DNA from: a virus
Lineage: Duplodnaviria > Caudoviricetes
Strand: one strand, 5' to 3'
DNA length: 64,000 nucleotides
IMG/VR virus record: IMGVR_UViG_2907208306_000002
Coordinates: 63,741-127,740 of that record
The position numbers and the translations under genes were made by a program. Below, in pieces: positions 1-8,343 of the stretch (its first letter is position 1; each line of letters opens with the position of its first letter). Below the pieces are notes generated by a model. The model made no database searches and was not told the origin of the DNA. It worked only from the letters and a program-made list of their open reading frames with translations.

Positions 1-279
1 ACTGAGTTTTTTGGATATTTAACTGGTCACTTCTATGATGAATTCATTTCCAATCCAAGCGCATATCGTAAAACATATGTTAATCATCCTCTGATGTTCT
101 TAGGATATATTCAGATTGCAAAGAATTTTAAAGATCAGAACAAGGATTTAAGTGAAGTATCTCACATTAAATCCTCAATAAATTTTGATGATAAAGAGTT
201 GATAAACATTTTGAATAGTAAGAGCGGAATAAACTCAAATAGAGTAAGAAATCAAATAATTAATTATTTTAAAAAGTGA
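1..279 (+). CDS. C-terminal part of YopQ-like (DndB-like) protein, 5' truncated
   Basis: Frame open from base 1 (TEFFGYLTGHFYDEF...MFLGY); directly upstream of the YopR-like gene as in SPbeta. Confidence 0.5.
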   Translation, partial: TEFFGYLTGHFYDEFISNPSAYRKTYVNHPLMFLGYIQIAKNFKDQNKDLSEVSHIKSSINFDDKELINILNSKSGINSNRVRNQIINYFKK

Positions 280-301
280 ATTGAAAGTGTGGGTGGGAAT
301 A

Positions 302-1312
302 GTGTCTAATGAAGTGTACAATGATTATTTATATAATGAAGAACAAAAGAAGAGATATCTTAAAGGATTGAATGAAAATACTTACACTACGTATCTAAGA
401 GTATTAAAAAGGGCAAGTAAATTAGAAAAACGATTAGGTAAGGATCTTTATAACTTCAACATACATGAGATAGAAGACTTATTAAGTTATCTTGCTCCAA
501 AGACACTCCAATCTGCACACGGTAGCGGCTCCATTATACAAAGTTATATAAGGTGGGCTATTAGTCAAGATTTGAGAGACGATAATTTAAATCCATTAGA
601 CGTTCTCGGAGGCTTAGATTTTTACGAACGGTTTGTTGATAAGACAAATAAACTTCTTATAACAGATGACGAATTGAAAGATATTGTAGGCGACTTAGAT
701 AATTATCAAGACATTGTGATTCCCATGGCTCTGTTTGAAGGAATAATGGGAAGGGAATACAGTGAATTATTAAATTTGACCTTAGAAGATATAAATCAAA
801 GGGAACACACAGTGCTGCTTAAGAACGAATTAAAAAACGGTGAAATTGAAACAAGGACAATAAAAATAAGGGAAGAACTTACAAGATATTTGGTCAAAGC
901 AGCTGAGCAGCAGATATACAGCCAGGACAATGGAAATAGTCGTGCTAAGAGTCCCAATGTTGAGCTAGTCGAAAGCCCCTTTATTATACGATCAGTAAAG
1001 AGAAGAGCAACTGTAAACGAGAAAGCTGATAAACACTTAGTCCTCAGAAGATTAAAGAACATAGGCATATGGAAAGGGCTTAAGCATCTAAGCGCAATTA
1101 ATTTGCGAAATTCAGGTATGCTCTATATGGCTAGAAACCTGTTAAATGAAGTTGAGCCGTATAATTCGCTGGATCGTGATAAAATTATCACTATTTGCCA
1201 GCATTATAATATTGGAAAACAATCAAACGATAGCGAATTTTATGCTTATACAAGGTACACACAGGACTTCTTAAATGAAGAAACCATAAGGAAGGTATAT
1301 GAGATAGAATAA
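302..1312 (+). CDS. Tyrosine-recombinase-fold protein, YopR/MrpR-like probable master repressor
   Basis: Integrase-like SAM region (KDLYNFN) and degenerate boxes LFEGIMGREYSELLNL and SAINLRNSG; start may be TTG281, ATA299 or GTG302. Confidence 0.7.
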   Translation: MSNEVYNDYLYNEEQKKRYLKGLNENTYTTYLRVLKRASKLEKRLGKDLYNFNIHEIEDLLSYLAPKTLQSAHGSGSIIQSYIRWAISQDLRDDNLNPLDVLGGLDFYERFVDKTNKLLITDDELKDIVGDLDNYQDIVIPMALFEGIMGREYSELLNLTLEDINQREHTVLLKNELKNGEIETRTIKIREELTRYLVKAAEQQIYSQDNGNSRAKSPNVELVESPFIIRSVKRRATVNEKADKHLVLRRLKNIGIWKGLKHLSAINLRNSGMLYMARNLLNEVEPYNSLDRDKIITICQHYNIGKQSNDSEFYAYTRYTQDFLNEETIRKVYEIE

Positions 1313-1336
1313 GTTAAAAACTTATTCTATTTTTTT
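1304..1336 (+). terminator. Intrinsic terminator
   Basis: ATAGAATAAGTT-aaa-AACTTATTCTAT followed by T run. Confidence 0.75.
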
Positions 1337-1348
1337 GTTTGAATGGTG

Positions 1349-1377
1349 TTGACAGTGGAACAATCCGATGGTATTAT
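1349..1377 (+). promoter_or_regulatory. SigA promoter of the agr-like cassette
   Basis: TTGACA-17 bp-TATTAT with extended TG. Confidence 0.75.
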
Positions 1378-1423
1378 CAGTATATAAATTATTAATATAT
1401 TTACTTTGAAAGGATGATCAAGG

Positions 1424-2074
1424 GTGAATGCATTGGTATACATATTATTTTCAATGTTAGATGGAATAGCGATTTTTACATTTTCATTTGGTTTTTTTCG
1501 ATTGAAGATGATGGATTATTGGAAAGAGATAATAATAACAAATTTAGTAATATCGATTGGTACATTCTTCTATTCGGAAAACAACTTATTGTCAAACTTA
1601 TCACCGTTTATTAACTTAATAATTTTTATAGCTGCTCTAATTTTTTTCTTTAGAATTTCATTTTTCTCAGCGTTTAGAGTAGCCGGTTGCGGATTCCTGG
1701 CCCAAACAGTTATTTTAGGATTAGTTCTATCCATTACTTGCTTGGTATTAAATATAAGCCTTAATGAAATTAAAGAGCATGATTACATAAAATATCCACT
1801 TCAAGTGATTGGTGATATTGGAACTGTATTGTTAAGCCTAGTGTTACGTAAAAAGAAAATCTGGATGACTAACTTACCTTATTCGTATTCATTTAAGTTT
1901 AAGCCAAGCCGTATAAATGTCTTGATTTTTATAGCAACTATAATAGCAGCATTGGTAATCAGTCGGGCTTCATCAATAAACAATATTTATCTTGGACTAA
2001 TTTTTTGGATCATCTGCTTTGTTAATCTTTTATTCATGGAAATAAAGAAAGAAATGAGGGGAGAAATTGATTGA
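1424..2074 (+). CDS. Multi-pass membrane protein, possible AIP receptor (AgrC-sensor-like, no kinase domain)
   Basis: About 6-7 hydrophobic segments, no H-box or ATPase domain, overlaps agrB. Confidence 0.6.
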   Translation: MNALVYILFSMLDGIAIFTFSFGFFRLKMMDYWKEIIITNLVISIGTFFYSENNLLSNLSPFINLIIFIAALIFFFRISFFSAFRVAGCGFLAQTVILGLVLSITCLVLNISLNEIKEHDYIKYPLQVIGDIGTVLLSLVLRKKKIWMTNLPYSYSFKFKPSRINVLIFIATIIAALVISRASSINNIYLGLIFWIICFVNLLFMEIKKEMRGEID

Positions 2075-2609
2075 CCTTTTTAGTGATAAACTAAGTAGTT
2101 ATTTAAAAAATAAATACCCAGAAGAACTACCAGCCCTATCCATCGTCCGGTATTCCATTAAGTTTTTAATCTCTAATGTTTTACCAATCATAATCATCAT
2201 CTTAAGTTCAATTCTATTTCAAATGACTAAAGAAGTGGTTATAGGTTTGCTTGGGTTTTGTATACTCCGAATGTTTTCTGGTGGGTATCATGTTAAATCA
2301 GCTGAGTTATGTATTTTGACATCAGTAACAGTAATTTATCTCATTGCGATAGTGGGACAACAAATAAATAGTTACATGATTGTTTTGGACCTGATTAGTA
2401 TTATATTGGTTGGAATATATGCACCATCAAATATTAAAAAACAAACAAGAATTAAGGAAGAAAATTACCGTTATCTTAAACTGATGTCATTGATTATCGT
2501 AACGAGTAACATTTTTATACAAAGCAATATTCTCTCTGTAGCTTTTTTAATTCAATCAATAACGCTAATTAGAAATTTAAACTCTATGAAGGAGGTGAAA
2601 AGTGAATGA
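2067..2609 (+). CDS. agrB: AgrB-family peptide-processing membrane protease
   Basis: LRMFSGGYH...C catalytic His/Cys motif, YAP motif, hydrophobic. Confidence 0.92.
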   Translation: MIDLFSDKLSSYLKNKYPEELPALSIVRYSIKFLISNVLPIIIIILSSILFQMTKEVVIGLLGFCILRMFSGGYHVKSAELCILTSVTVIYLIAIVGQQINSYMIVLDLISIILVGIYAPSNIKKQTRIKEENYRYLKLMSLIIVTSNIFIQSNILSVAFLIQSITLIRNLNSMKEVKSE

Positions 2610-2731
2610 CGAAGCTAAATAAGGTAGCACTAGTTCTTGGAACAATTTTTACAGCTATTGCAACAACAGTAGCAAGTACAGCGAGCTGGACAATTCTTGG
2701 CACTGAAGAAGTACCTAACGAATTGAAATAA
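2606..2731 (+). CDS. agrD: AgrD-like cyclic lactone autoinducer precursor, 41 aa (absent from ORF track)
   Basis: RBS AAGGAGGTG, ATGA overlap with agrB; MTKLNKVALVLGTIFTAIATTVASTASWTILGTEEVPNELK has leader, TAS-xxxx core and EEVPxEL tail. Confidence 0.88.
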   Translation: MTKLNKVALVLGTIFTAIATTVASTASWTILGTEEVPNELK

Positions 2732-2748
2732 ACAAAACATTATAATAA

Positions 2749-2784
2749 TGCTTGCGTCTATATATGTAAAATTAGACGCAAGCA
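2749..2784 (+). terminator. Perfect 12-bp hairpin between agrD and LytTR gene
   Basis: TGCTTGCGTCTA-N12-TAGACGCAAGCA; no U tract. Confidence 0.45.
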
Positions 2785-2816
2785 AGGTATTATATATATA
2801 AGGGGGGGGATTAATA

Positions 2817-3197
2817 GTGTATAAAATTATTGTAGTGGGGAGAGAAGGAAAAAAAGTAAACGAAGATGCTGAATGGCTAGATATAGATGATGTTGTAGGA
2901 ATACACTCAGAGATGGTGAAGTATGGAAAATCAATTGTTATATTTAAGACTATGGATAGCGAATACATAGGCGCACACGGTATTGAAATGACAATGAAAT
3001 TATTTGAGGATCTTAAGGAATATAATTTTATTAGAGCAGACAGAGGTGTAATGGTTAATTTAAATAAGATTGAGTCAATTGATGAAAAGAACAAATTATT
3101 ATTTTACAATAATAAAAAAGATTCTTTTACAGTGTCTAAAACAAGATGGAACGAAGTTAAGGATCGTTTCATAAAAATTAATTGTATTGCGGATTAA
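2817..3197 (+). CDS. Stand-alone LytTR DNA-binding protein (no receiver domain)
   Basis: FIRADRGVMVNLNKIESID and VSKTR LytTR motifs; 126 aa. Confidence 0.85.
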   Translation: MYKIIVVGREGKKVNEDAEWLDIDDVVGIHSEMVKYGKSIVIFKTMDSEYIGAHGIEMTMKLFEDLKEYNFIRADRGVMVNLNKIESIDEKNKLLFYNNKKDSFTVSKTRWNEVKDRFIKINCIAD

Positions 3198-3267
3198 TCA
3201 TAAAAATCCGTACTTATTATAAATAAACATAATAATATAAAAATTAATCTAATCGGAAAAATTTAGA

Positions 3268-3296
3268 TTGATTTTGCCTTTTGGCAATAGTATAAT
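3268..3296 (+). promoter_or_regulatory. SigA promoter
   Basis: TTGATT-17 bp-TATAAT. Confidence 0.6.
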
Positions 3297-3302
3297 TAGG
3301 TA

Positions 3303-3316
3303 CAAACATAAGTTCG
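3303..3316. promoter_or_regulatory. LexA (SOS) box
   Basis: CAAACATAAGTTCG versus Firmicute consensus CGAACRNRYGTTCG; lies at predicted +1. Confidence 0.6.
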
Positions 3317-3411
3317 CATAAATTATAAATTCGACAGAAGACGACAAAAATTTGATAAGATTACCAACTAACAAGCGATGTCAAGAAAAATTCATAGGGT
3401 ACTTAATTTTA

Positions 3412-3439
3412 TTGCCTATTTCTAGTAATATTCTATAAT
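3412..3439 (+). promoter_or_regulatory. Second SigA-like promoter
   Basis: TTGCCT-16 bp-TATAAT. Confidence 0.45.
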
Positions 3440-3520
3440 AAAGTTAGGACCCTATCCCCTAGACAATTTATTGAGGTGAGGCTTATCGCCAGGAACACCG
3501 CTGCCAAAGGAGAATGCAGG

Positions 3521-3901
3521 ATGCTAGAGAGAGTAAAAAGGGCGTTGTGTATTGATGATGAAGCAATTAATCTGATGAAAACAATCGCTTTTCTCTGCGT
3601 GACAGCTCAGGAACAAGAGCAATTGATTGAAGAGTGCCAGGGCAAAGATTGTCAATACATTAATCGGTATCTAATAAAGCTTAGGAAAGAAAAAATCCTT
3701 AAGCTTGGCTATGATGATCAGCTTGATTTTTCAGAAGACTTTCAACGAAGCAAGATCTCCGCAATGGAGCGGTTATGTCAAGAGCCTTTGAACGAGTTTA
3801 AGTTGGCGAACCTTAAAAGCAATGATCCCGTGCATATATTTAATATACATAGACAGCGAGGACGATTCGTAAGATTCAACGAATTAGCTTTATACGCCTA
3901 A
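3521..3901 (+). CDS. Hypothetical protein, monocistronic, downstream of SOS box
   Basis: RBS AAAGGAG before ATG3521; ORF open from 3476. Confidence 0.7.
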   Translation: MLERVKRALCIDDEAINLMKTIAFLCVTAQEQEQLIEECQGKDCQYINRYLIKLRKEKILKLGYDDQLDFSEDFQRSKISAMERLCQEPLNEFKLANLKSNDPVHIFNIHRQRGRFVRFNELALYA

Positions 3902-3906
3902 TACAT

Positions 3907-3932
3907 GCCGAGCGAAAGTTCGGCTCCCTTTT
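3907..3932 (+). terminator. Intrinsic terminator
   Basis: GCCGAGC-GAAA-GTTCGGC then pyrimidine/T tract. Confidence 0.6.
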
Positions 3933-3961
3933 AACCTTAAAAGTAAAAATAAAAATAATAA

Positions 3962-3990
3962 TTGACAATGTAATATCTGGTTGGTATAGT
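3962..3990 (+). promoter_or_regulatory. Strong SigA promoter for tRNA/early operon
   Basis: TTGACA-17 bp-TATAGT with extended TG and A-rich UP element. Confidence 0.75.
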
Positions 3991-4072
3991 AAAGAAGTGG
4001 TTGATAAAAGAATAATTTCATCAAGAATATAAGCGAGTAAATGAGAGCATTAGCAAGTATTCTTGAGAATTA

Positions 4073-4151
4073 GCGAGGTAATCTATCTGGTTGATAGAGG
4101 CGTTCTTATACAGCGTTATAGGGTTGGGTTCGATTCCCCCACCTCGTACCA
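4073..4151 (+). tRNA. tRNA-Ile(TAT) with irregular T arm
   Basis: Acceptor GCGAGGT/ACCTCGT, D stem TCTA/TAGA, anticodon loop CT-TAT-AC, TTCGATT loop, encoded CCA. Confidence 0.75.
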
Positions 4152-4152
4152 T

Positions 4153-4226
<74 letters not shown>

Positions 4227-4390
4227 TATTAAAATAACGTGCTCAGCACGATAACATATAGTTTCAGAAGCTTGATTCTGTAAAGGTGGTGATGTGAATC
4301 CAGAACCAGATGAGAAGTCCTCCCTTGTATAAAGTTCAGTCTCAGAATTAATATAAAACTAAAATACATATATAAGGGAGATATTAATTA

Positions 4391-5530
4391 ATGGCAGATT
4401 ACAAAATCAAAACTAACAAAACACATGGTGGTAAAGAGTTTAAAAGCAATTTTCGATTCATCGGTAAAGTAAGCCAGGTTAGCAAGAAAGATCCTGAAAC
4501 AGATAGTTGGGAAAAACAACCGATCTACAAACAAAGCACAACTAGAACAGGTAAGCCGCGCCGTGTACTTCAATTTGAAGTTGAGACAGCTCTGAGCAAC
4601 CGGCTACGGGTTGAGCTGGCGGGAATGGAGCAGCAATTCGCTTATCCATATAGCAGCAAACATAAGAAATCTCAGAAGGTTGCCTGGAACGATCGTAACG
4701 ACAAAACAAAGTTTCCAGACGATACATATCATGCAATCGAAGTCGATTGGGACAAGGCAGAGCGGCTTGGTAAAGTAATCAAGGAAGATGATTGGGTAGA
4801 AGTTCGTGGTCAGTATCAGTTTGATACGTTTACTCCTGATGACAGCAACGAAGAAAAGGTGTTTGTTAAACGCATTATTAGCTCAGTAAGACCAATTCTA
4901 AATGGCGTAATTGTTAATGAGGATGGAACCACTCAAACTGTAAAACATGCTGGAGAAGAATTTGACTACATTACAGACTTCAACGATCCAAACTTCCGTG
5001 AGGTAAACTACTTTACAATGCAGATCGGTATCCGTAGTACATATCAGGAAGAAAGCGGAGATACAAAAGTGAACGGCACTTTCCTGGATTACGGTAAGGA
5101 ACGCTCTGAGCCAAAAGACGTTGAGTTAATTGTCTATCAAAAAGAAGTTCCAGAAGGCAAGAAGTCCATGGCTGATGCGTTTGCTTCACTTAATACATAT
5201 GATTTTATTGAAGTAACGGGACAAGACAATAATAGAGCAACATTCAGCTATGTAGATGTAGTCGAGGAATTGGCATCCGATGACCCATTTGCCGATGTGG
5301 ATGAAACAGAAAAGGTAACACGTAAAGAGCGTGTAACAAACGGCGATAAGAAGGGGCTTGAAGTAATTAGTTATGTACAGGGAAGCTTGATGCGCGAGCT
5401 GCTTACAGAAGAAGAGTTTAGAAAAACAGCAGCAGTAACAACGGAAAATCCTTTTGCTTCAAATGATGATCCATTCAGTAATACAGATAACGATCCATTT
5501 GCTGTAGATGAATCTGACCCATTTGCTTGA
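4391..5530 (+). CDS. Putative single-stranded DNA-binding protein (YorF-like)
   Basis: Beta-rich OB-like segments, acidic tail with repeated DPF, upstream of AAA protein. Confidence 0.55.
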   Translation: MADYKIKTNKTHGGKEFKSNFRFIGKVSQVSKKDPETDSWEKQPIYKQSTTRTGKPRRVLQFEVETALSNRLRVELAGMEQQFAYPYSSKHKKSQKVAWNDRNDKTKFPDDTYHAIEVDWDKAERLGKVIKEDDWVEVRGQYQFDTFTPDDSNEEKVFVKRIISSVRPILNGVIVNEDGTTQTVKHAGEEFDYITDFNDPNFREVNYFTMQIGIRSTYQEESGDTKVNGTFLDYGKERSEPKDVELIVYQKEVPEGKKSMADAFASLNTYDFIEVTGQDNNRATFSYVDVVEELASDDPFADVDETEKVTRKERVTNGDKKGLEVISYVQGSLMRELLTEEEFRKTAAVTTENPFASNDDPFSNTDNDPFAVDESDPFA

Positions 5531-5614
5531 TAAGGTTTAGGTACTATAACGGTCTGTGCTTAAACAGAGTACAGACCTTAATATAAATATAATTTAAGGG
5601 AGAGATTTATTTAA

Positions 5615-6751
5615 ATGAGTTGGAGAAAAACAACAGTAATCAAGAACGTTCCAAAGGTTGACTTGCAGGCTTACAATGTACTGATTGCCGGAGGATTCAA
5701 GGCAGGGAAAACAAGATTGTGGAAAGAAGTGATGGAGAAGTTTTATCCCAATGATCCAGATGCAGGCATCCTTCTGGCTTTTGAAGATGGGTTTTCTAGC
5801 TGGGAGCTTGAATCCGTAATTGATATGTACAATAAAGATTGGAAGTTCTTTAAAGATGTAGTAGTTAAAAACCTAGTGGAAGAAGCTGCAAATGGCAGAG
5901 TTTCAAAAGTGATCGGTATTGATACGGTTGATCGAATGTGGTCGATGGCAGAGGAATATATTATCGAAACCTATTCAAAAAAATATGGCAAGAAGTTCGC
6001 ATCGCTTCAAGACATTACAGAAAGTGTTAAAGAACTGAATGGACACACACTTACAAAACAAGAAGTGTGGAATCAAATTGATACTCTTAAAAGAAGCGGC
6101 TACGGTTTCTTTTGGCTCTGTTGGGTGAAGGAACGCGAGACCGTAACAATCGATGATGTAAAATTTCAATCAATTGAACTTTCCATTAGTAAGTCTGGAC
6201 GAGACATTTTCGAATCACAAGCACATCTAATTTGTACGCTCTTTAATGAGGTAACGGTAACAGATAAAGAAGGCAATGAACTCGAAGAAAACAAAAAATC
6301 AAAGAGCGGTAAAGAAATTGCTTCTAAATTCCATAAGAGTGAAGTGATGATGTACTTCCGTCCCTCTAACTATATTTCCATTGGTGGTGGTCGATTCACA
6401 GATCTCCCCGACAAAGTTGAATATAGTGCGGAAAATTTTATCAAGGTATTCGAAAATGCAGTTAAAGGCCAATTGAAGAATACAGATAAAACAGTTGAGG
6501 AACTTAAAGTATCTCAAACTCAAGAACGAGAAGAAAAAGCAAAAGAATTTGCAGAACAAGTGGAAGAGCAGCAAACTGTTGAAGATTTGATTGCACAAAT
6601 TGATACAGAAACTAAACGCTTTGCTTCTAACGATCTGAAGGAACGAGTAGTACCAAAGTTCACAGAAATTTTCGGTTCTCCAAACTATCGCAAATCTGAA
6701 GATACCGAAAAACTCAAAGAAGCTTTGGAATTTATTAAATCAACAGCTTAA
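5615..6751 (+). CDS. AAA-family NTPase (YorG/Sak4-like)
   Basis: Walker A GGFKAGKT, LLAFEDG, Walker B IGIDT. Confidence 0.75.
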   Translation: MSWRKTTVIKNVPKVDLQAYNVLIAGGFKAGKTRLWKEVMEKFYPNDPDAGILLAFEDGFSSWELESVIDMYNKDWKFFKDVVVKNLVEEAANGRVSKVIGIDTVDRMWSMAEEYIIETYSKKYGKKFASLQDITESVKELNGHTLTKQEVWNQIDTLKRSGYGFFWLCWVKERETVTIDDVKFQSIELSISKSGRDIFESQAHLICTLFNEVTVTDKEGNELEENKKSKSGKEIASKFHKSEVMMYFRPSNYISIGGGRFTDLPDKVEYSAENFIKVFENAVKGQLKNTDKTVEELKVSQTQEREEKAKEFAEQVEEQQTVEDLIAQIDTETKRFASNDLKERVVPKFTEIFGSPNYRKSEDTEKLKEALEFIKSTA

Positions 6752-6785
6752 TACATAGTTCTGATGAAAGACACTTTTTTTAAAT

Positions 6786-6811
6786 AGCCTCACTTGCAAG
6801 AGTGGGGCTTT
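6786..6811 (+). terminator. Probable terminator hairpin
   Basis: AGCCTCACT-TGCAAG-AGTGGGGCT-TT. Confidence 0.5.
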
Positions 6812-6838
6812 AACATAAATATCTAACCAACCAGGAGC

Positions 6839-7381
6839 GTGATTATGGGAAGTTTTATTCTCTTCTTGCTGCTAACGCTATCAGCAAATAAGTCTGAATT
6901 AGAGGGCGTTATGAAGGCACAGGAGGCAGCAAACACTATACATAAGCAAAGTGTTCAAGTTGAAATGTTGGATAAGTCAGAGAAAGCGATTGTTAAACAG
7001 GAGCAAAAGGAAAGAGCGACAACAAGTAAAACAAAAGTTAGTAACTCTAGCAAGGTTGCAACAGAATGGAAAACATACACTGTTACCGCCTATGATAACG
7101 GATACGAGTCCACGCAAAAGCGTCCAGGTGATAAGGATTACGGCATTACGAAGAGCGGCGAAAAGACCGTTGAGGGGCGCACAGTAAGCGCAGATCCAAG
7201 AGTTTTGCCATTGGGTACGGTTATTTACATAGAGAATGTTGGGGAGCGCGTAGTAACCGATACAGGTTGGGCAATTAAAGGCAGACGGCTCGATCTCTAT
7301 TTTGAAAGTCATAAAAGGGCGCTTCAATTTGGGAAACAGAAACTGAAAGTTAAAATAATTAAAATGGGTGTGAAAAAATGA
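6839..7381 (+). CDS. 3D-domain cell wall lytic protein (YorM-like)
   Basis: Signal peptide, VTAY, ITKSG, ADPRVLPLGT, DTGWAIKGRRLDLY. Confidence 0.88.
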   Translation: MIMGSFILFLLLTLSANKSELEGVMKAQEAANTIHKQSVQVEMLDKSEKAIVKQEQKERATTSKTKVSNSSKVATEWKTYTVTAYDNGYESTQKRPGDKDYGITKSGEKTVEGRTVSADPRVLPLGTVIYIENVGERVVTDTGWAIKGRRLDLYFESHKRALQFGKQKLKVKIIKMGVKK

Positions 7382-7665
7382 AATCTCAAACGGATTTAAT
7401 TAAAGAAGTGTGTGCGGATGTAGAGGATTTACTGATTAGAAAAAACAATGATTATGGTAATTCATTTAGCCTCCAGTTTGAGAAGTATGGAATTCTCAGC
7501 GCAATAATTCGAATGGATGATAAAATGAGACGTCTTGAGAACCTGATTAAAGGTCATGACCCTCAGGTTGATGAATCACTTGAGGATACACTTAAAGATT
7601 TAGTTGGATATGGGACACTCGCTTTGGTGGAGTTACAAAAAAAGAAAGAGGGATTGAATGACTAA
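7378..7665 (+). CDS. DUF1599 / nucleotide-modification-associated protein
   Basis: KNNDYGNSF...RMDDKMRRL...DTLKDLVGY. Confidence 0.75.
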   Translation: MKSQTDLIKEVCADVEDLLIRKNNDYGNSFSLQFEKYGILSAIIRMDDKMRRLENLIKGHDPQVDESLEDTLKDLVGYGTLALVELQKKKEGLND

Positions 7666-8194
7666 AAAGCGTTTAGCGGTAGACCAGGATAATGTCATTG
7701 CCGATCTACTTTCCTACTGGGTAGACAGATATAACAAGGACTATAATGACAACTTAAAACCTGAGCAGGTAAATGCTTGGAATTGGCATCATTTATGCAA
7801 GCCAGAATGTGGAGAAAAGATATATACATATATGGATGAACCAGATTTCTTCTTAAACCTTCCTGTCATGGAAGGTAGCCAAGAAGTTCTAAAGGAGATG
7901 AATCTAATATATGACATCTACATTGTGACTGCTCCTTTTAACATGAGAAATGTTCTTCCTAAATACGAATGGCTTAAAAGTCACTTCCCGTTTTTGGATT
8001 CTGGTAAATTTGTGTTCACCAGAGATAAATCGATCATTAATGCAGATTATTTAATCGATGATAAGCCGTCTAACCTTGAACATTTCAGTGGCAGCAAAAT
8101 ATTGTTTGATGCGCCTCATAATCAGAATGAGGATAAATATTATCGGGTGAAAACTTGGAATGAAGTAAGAGAAATTCTGCTGGATTGGAAGTGA
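7658..8194 (+). CDS. 5'(3')-deoxyribonucleotidase (HAD, YorS-like)
   Basis: VDQDNVIAD, KYEWL, LIDDK, PHN motifs. Confidence 0.88.
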   Translation: MTKKRLAVDQDNVIADLLSYWVDRYNKDYNDNLKPEQVNAWNWHHLCKPECGEKIYTYMDEPDFFLNLPVMEGSQEVLKEMNLIYDIYIVTAPFNMRNVLPKYEWLKSHFPFLDSGKFVFTRDKSIINADYLIDDKPSNLEHFSGSKILFDAPHNQNEDKYYRVKTWNEVREILLDWK

Positions 8195-8343
8195 AAAACT
8201 TGTTACCGATTAACTTTGAGCGCTTCGCAGAACTTTACAGATACCTGGAAGATGGAGAATGCAGTTATAGTGAGCTGCAGGAACTCAGAGACAAGTTGGA
8301 GGATATCAAAGAAATCGTTGAAGATGCAATGGAGAAGTTTTAA
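8191..8343 (+). CDS. Small hypothetical protein
   Basis: Translated by hand; GTGA overlap, tiles between genes. Confidence 0.55.
   Translation: MKNLLPINFERFAELYRYLEDGECSYSELQELRDKLEDIKEIVEDAMEKF

Noticed and set aside
1424-2074. Canonical AgrC histidine kinase
   Set aside because: No H-box or HATPase domain, and the gene overlaps agrB, leaving no room for a frameshifted remainder
2630-3094. 154-aa minus-strand ORF
   Set aside because: Antisense shadow of agrD and the LytTR gene; no recognisable motif
1-3901. Arbitrium aimR/aimP or Rap-Phr system
   Set aside because: No TPR-type receptor in the window; one could still lie upstream of base 1
4073-4151. tRNA(UAU) acting as an initiator for the ATA-start genes
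   Set aside because: Lacks the three consecutive G-C anticodon-stem pairs and the C1:A72 mismatch of initiator tRNAs
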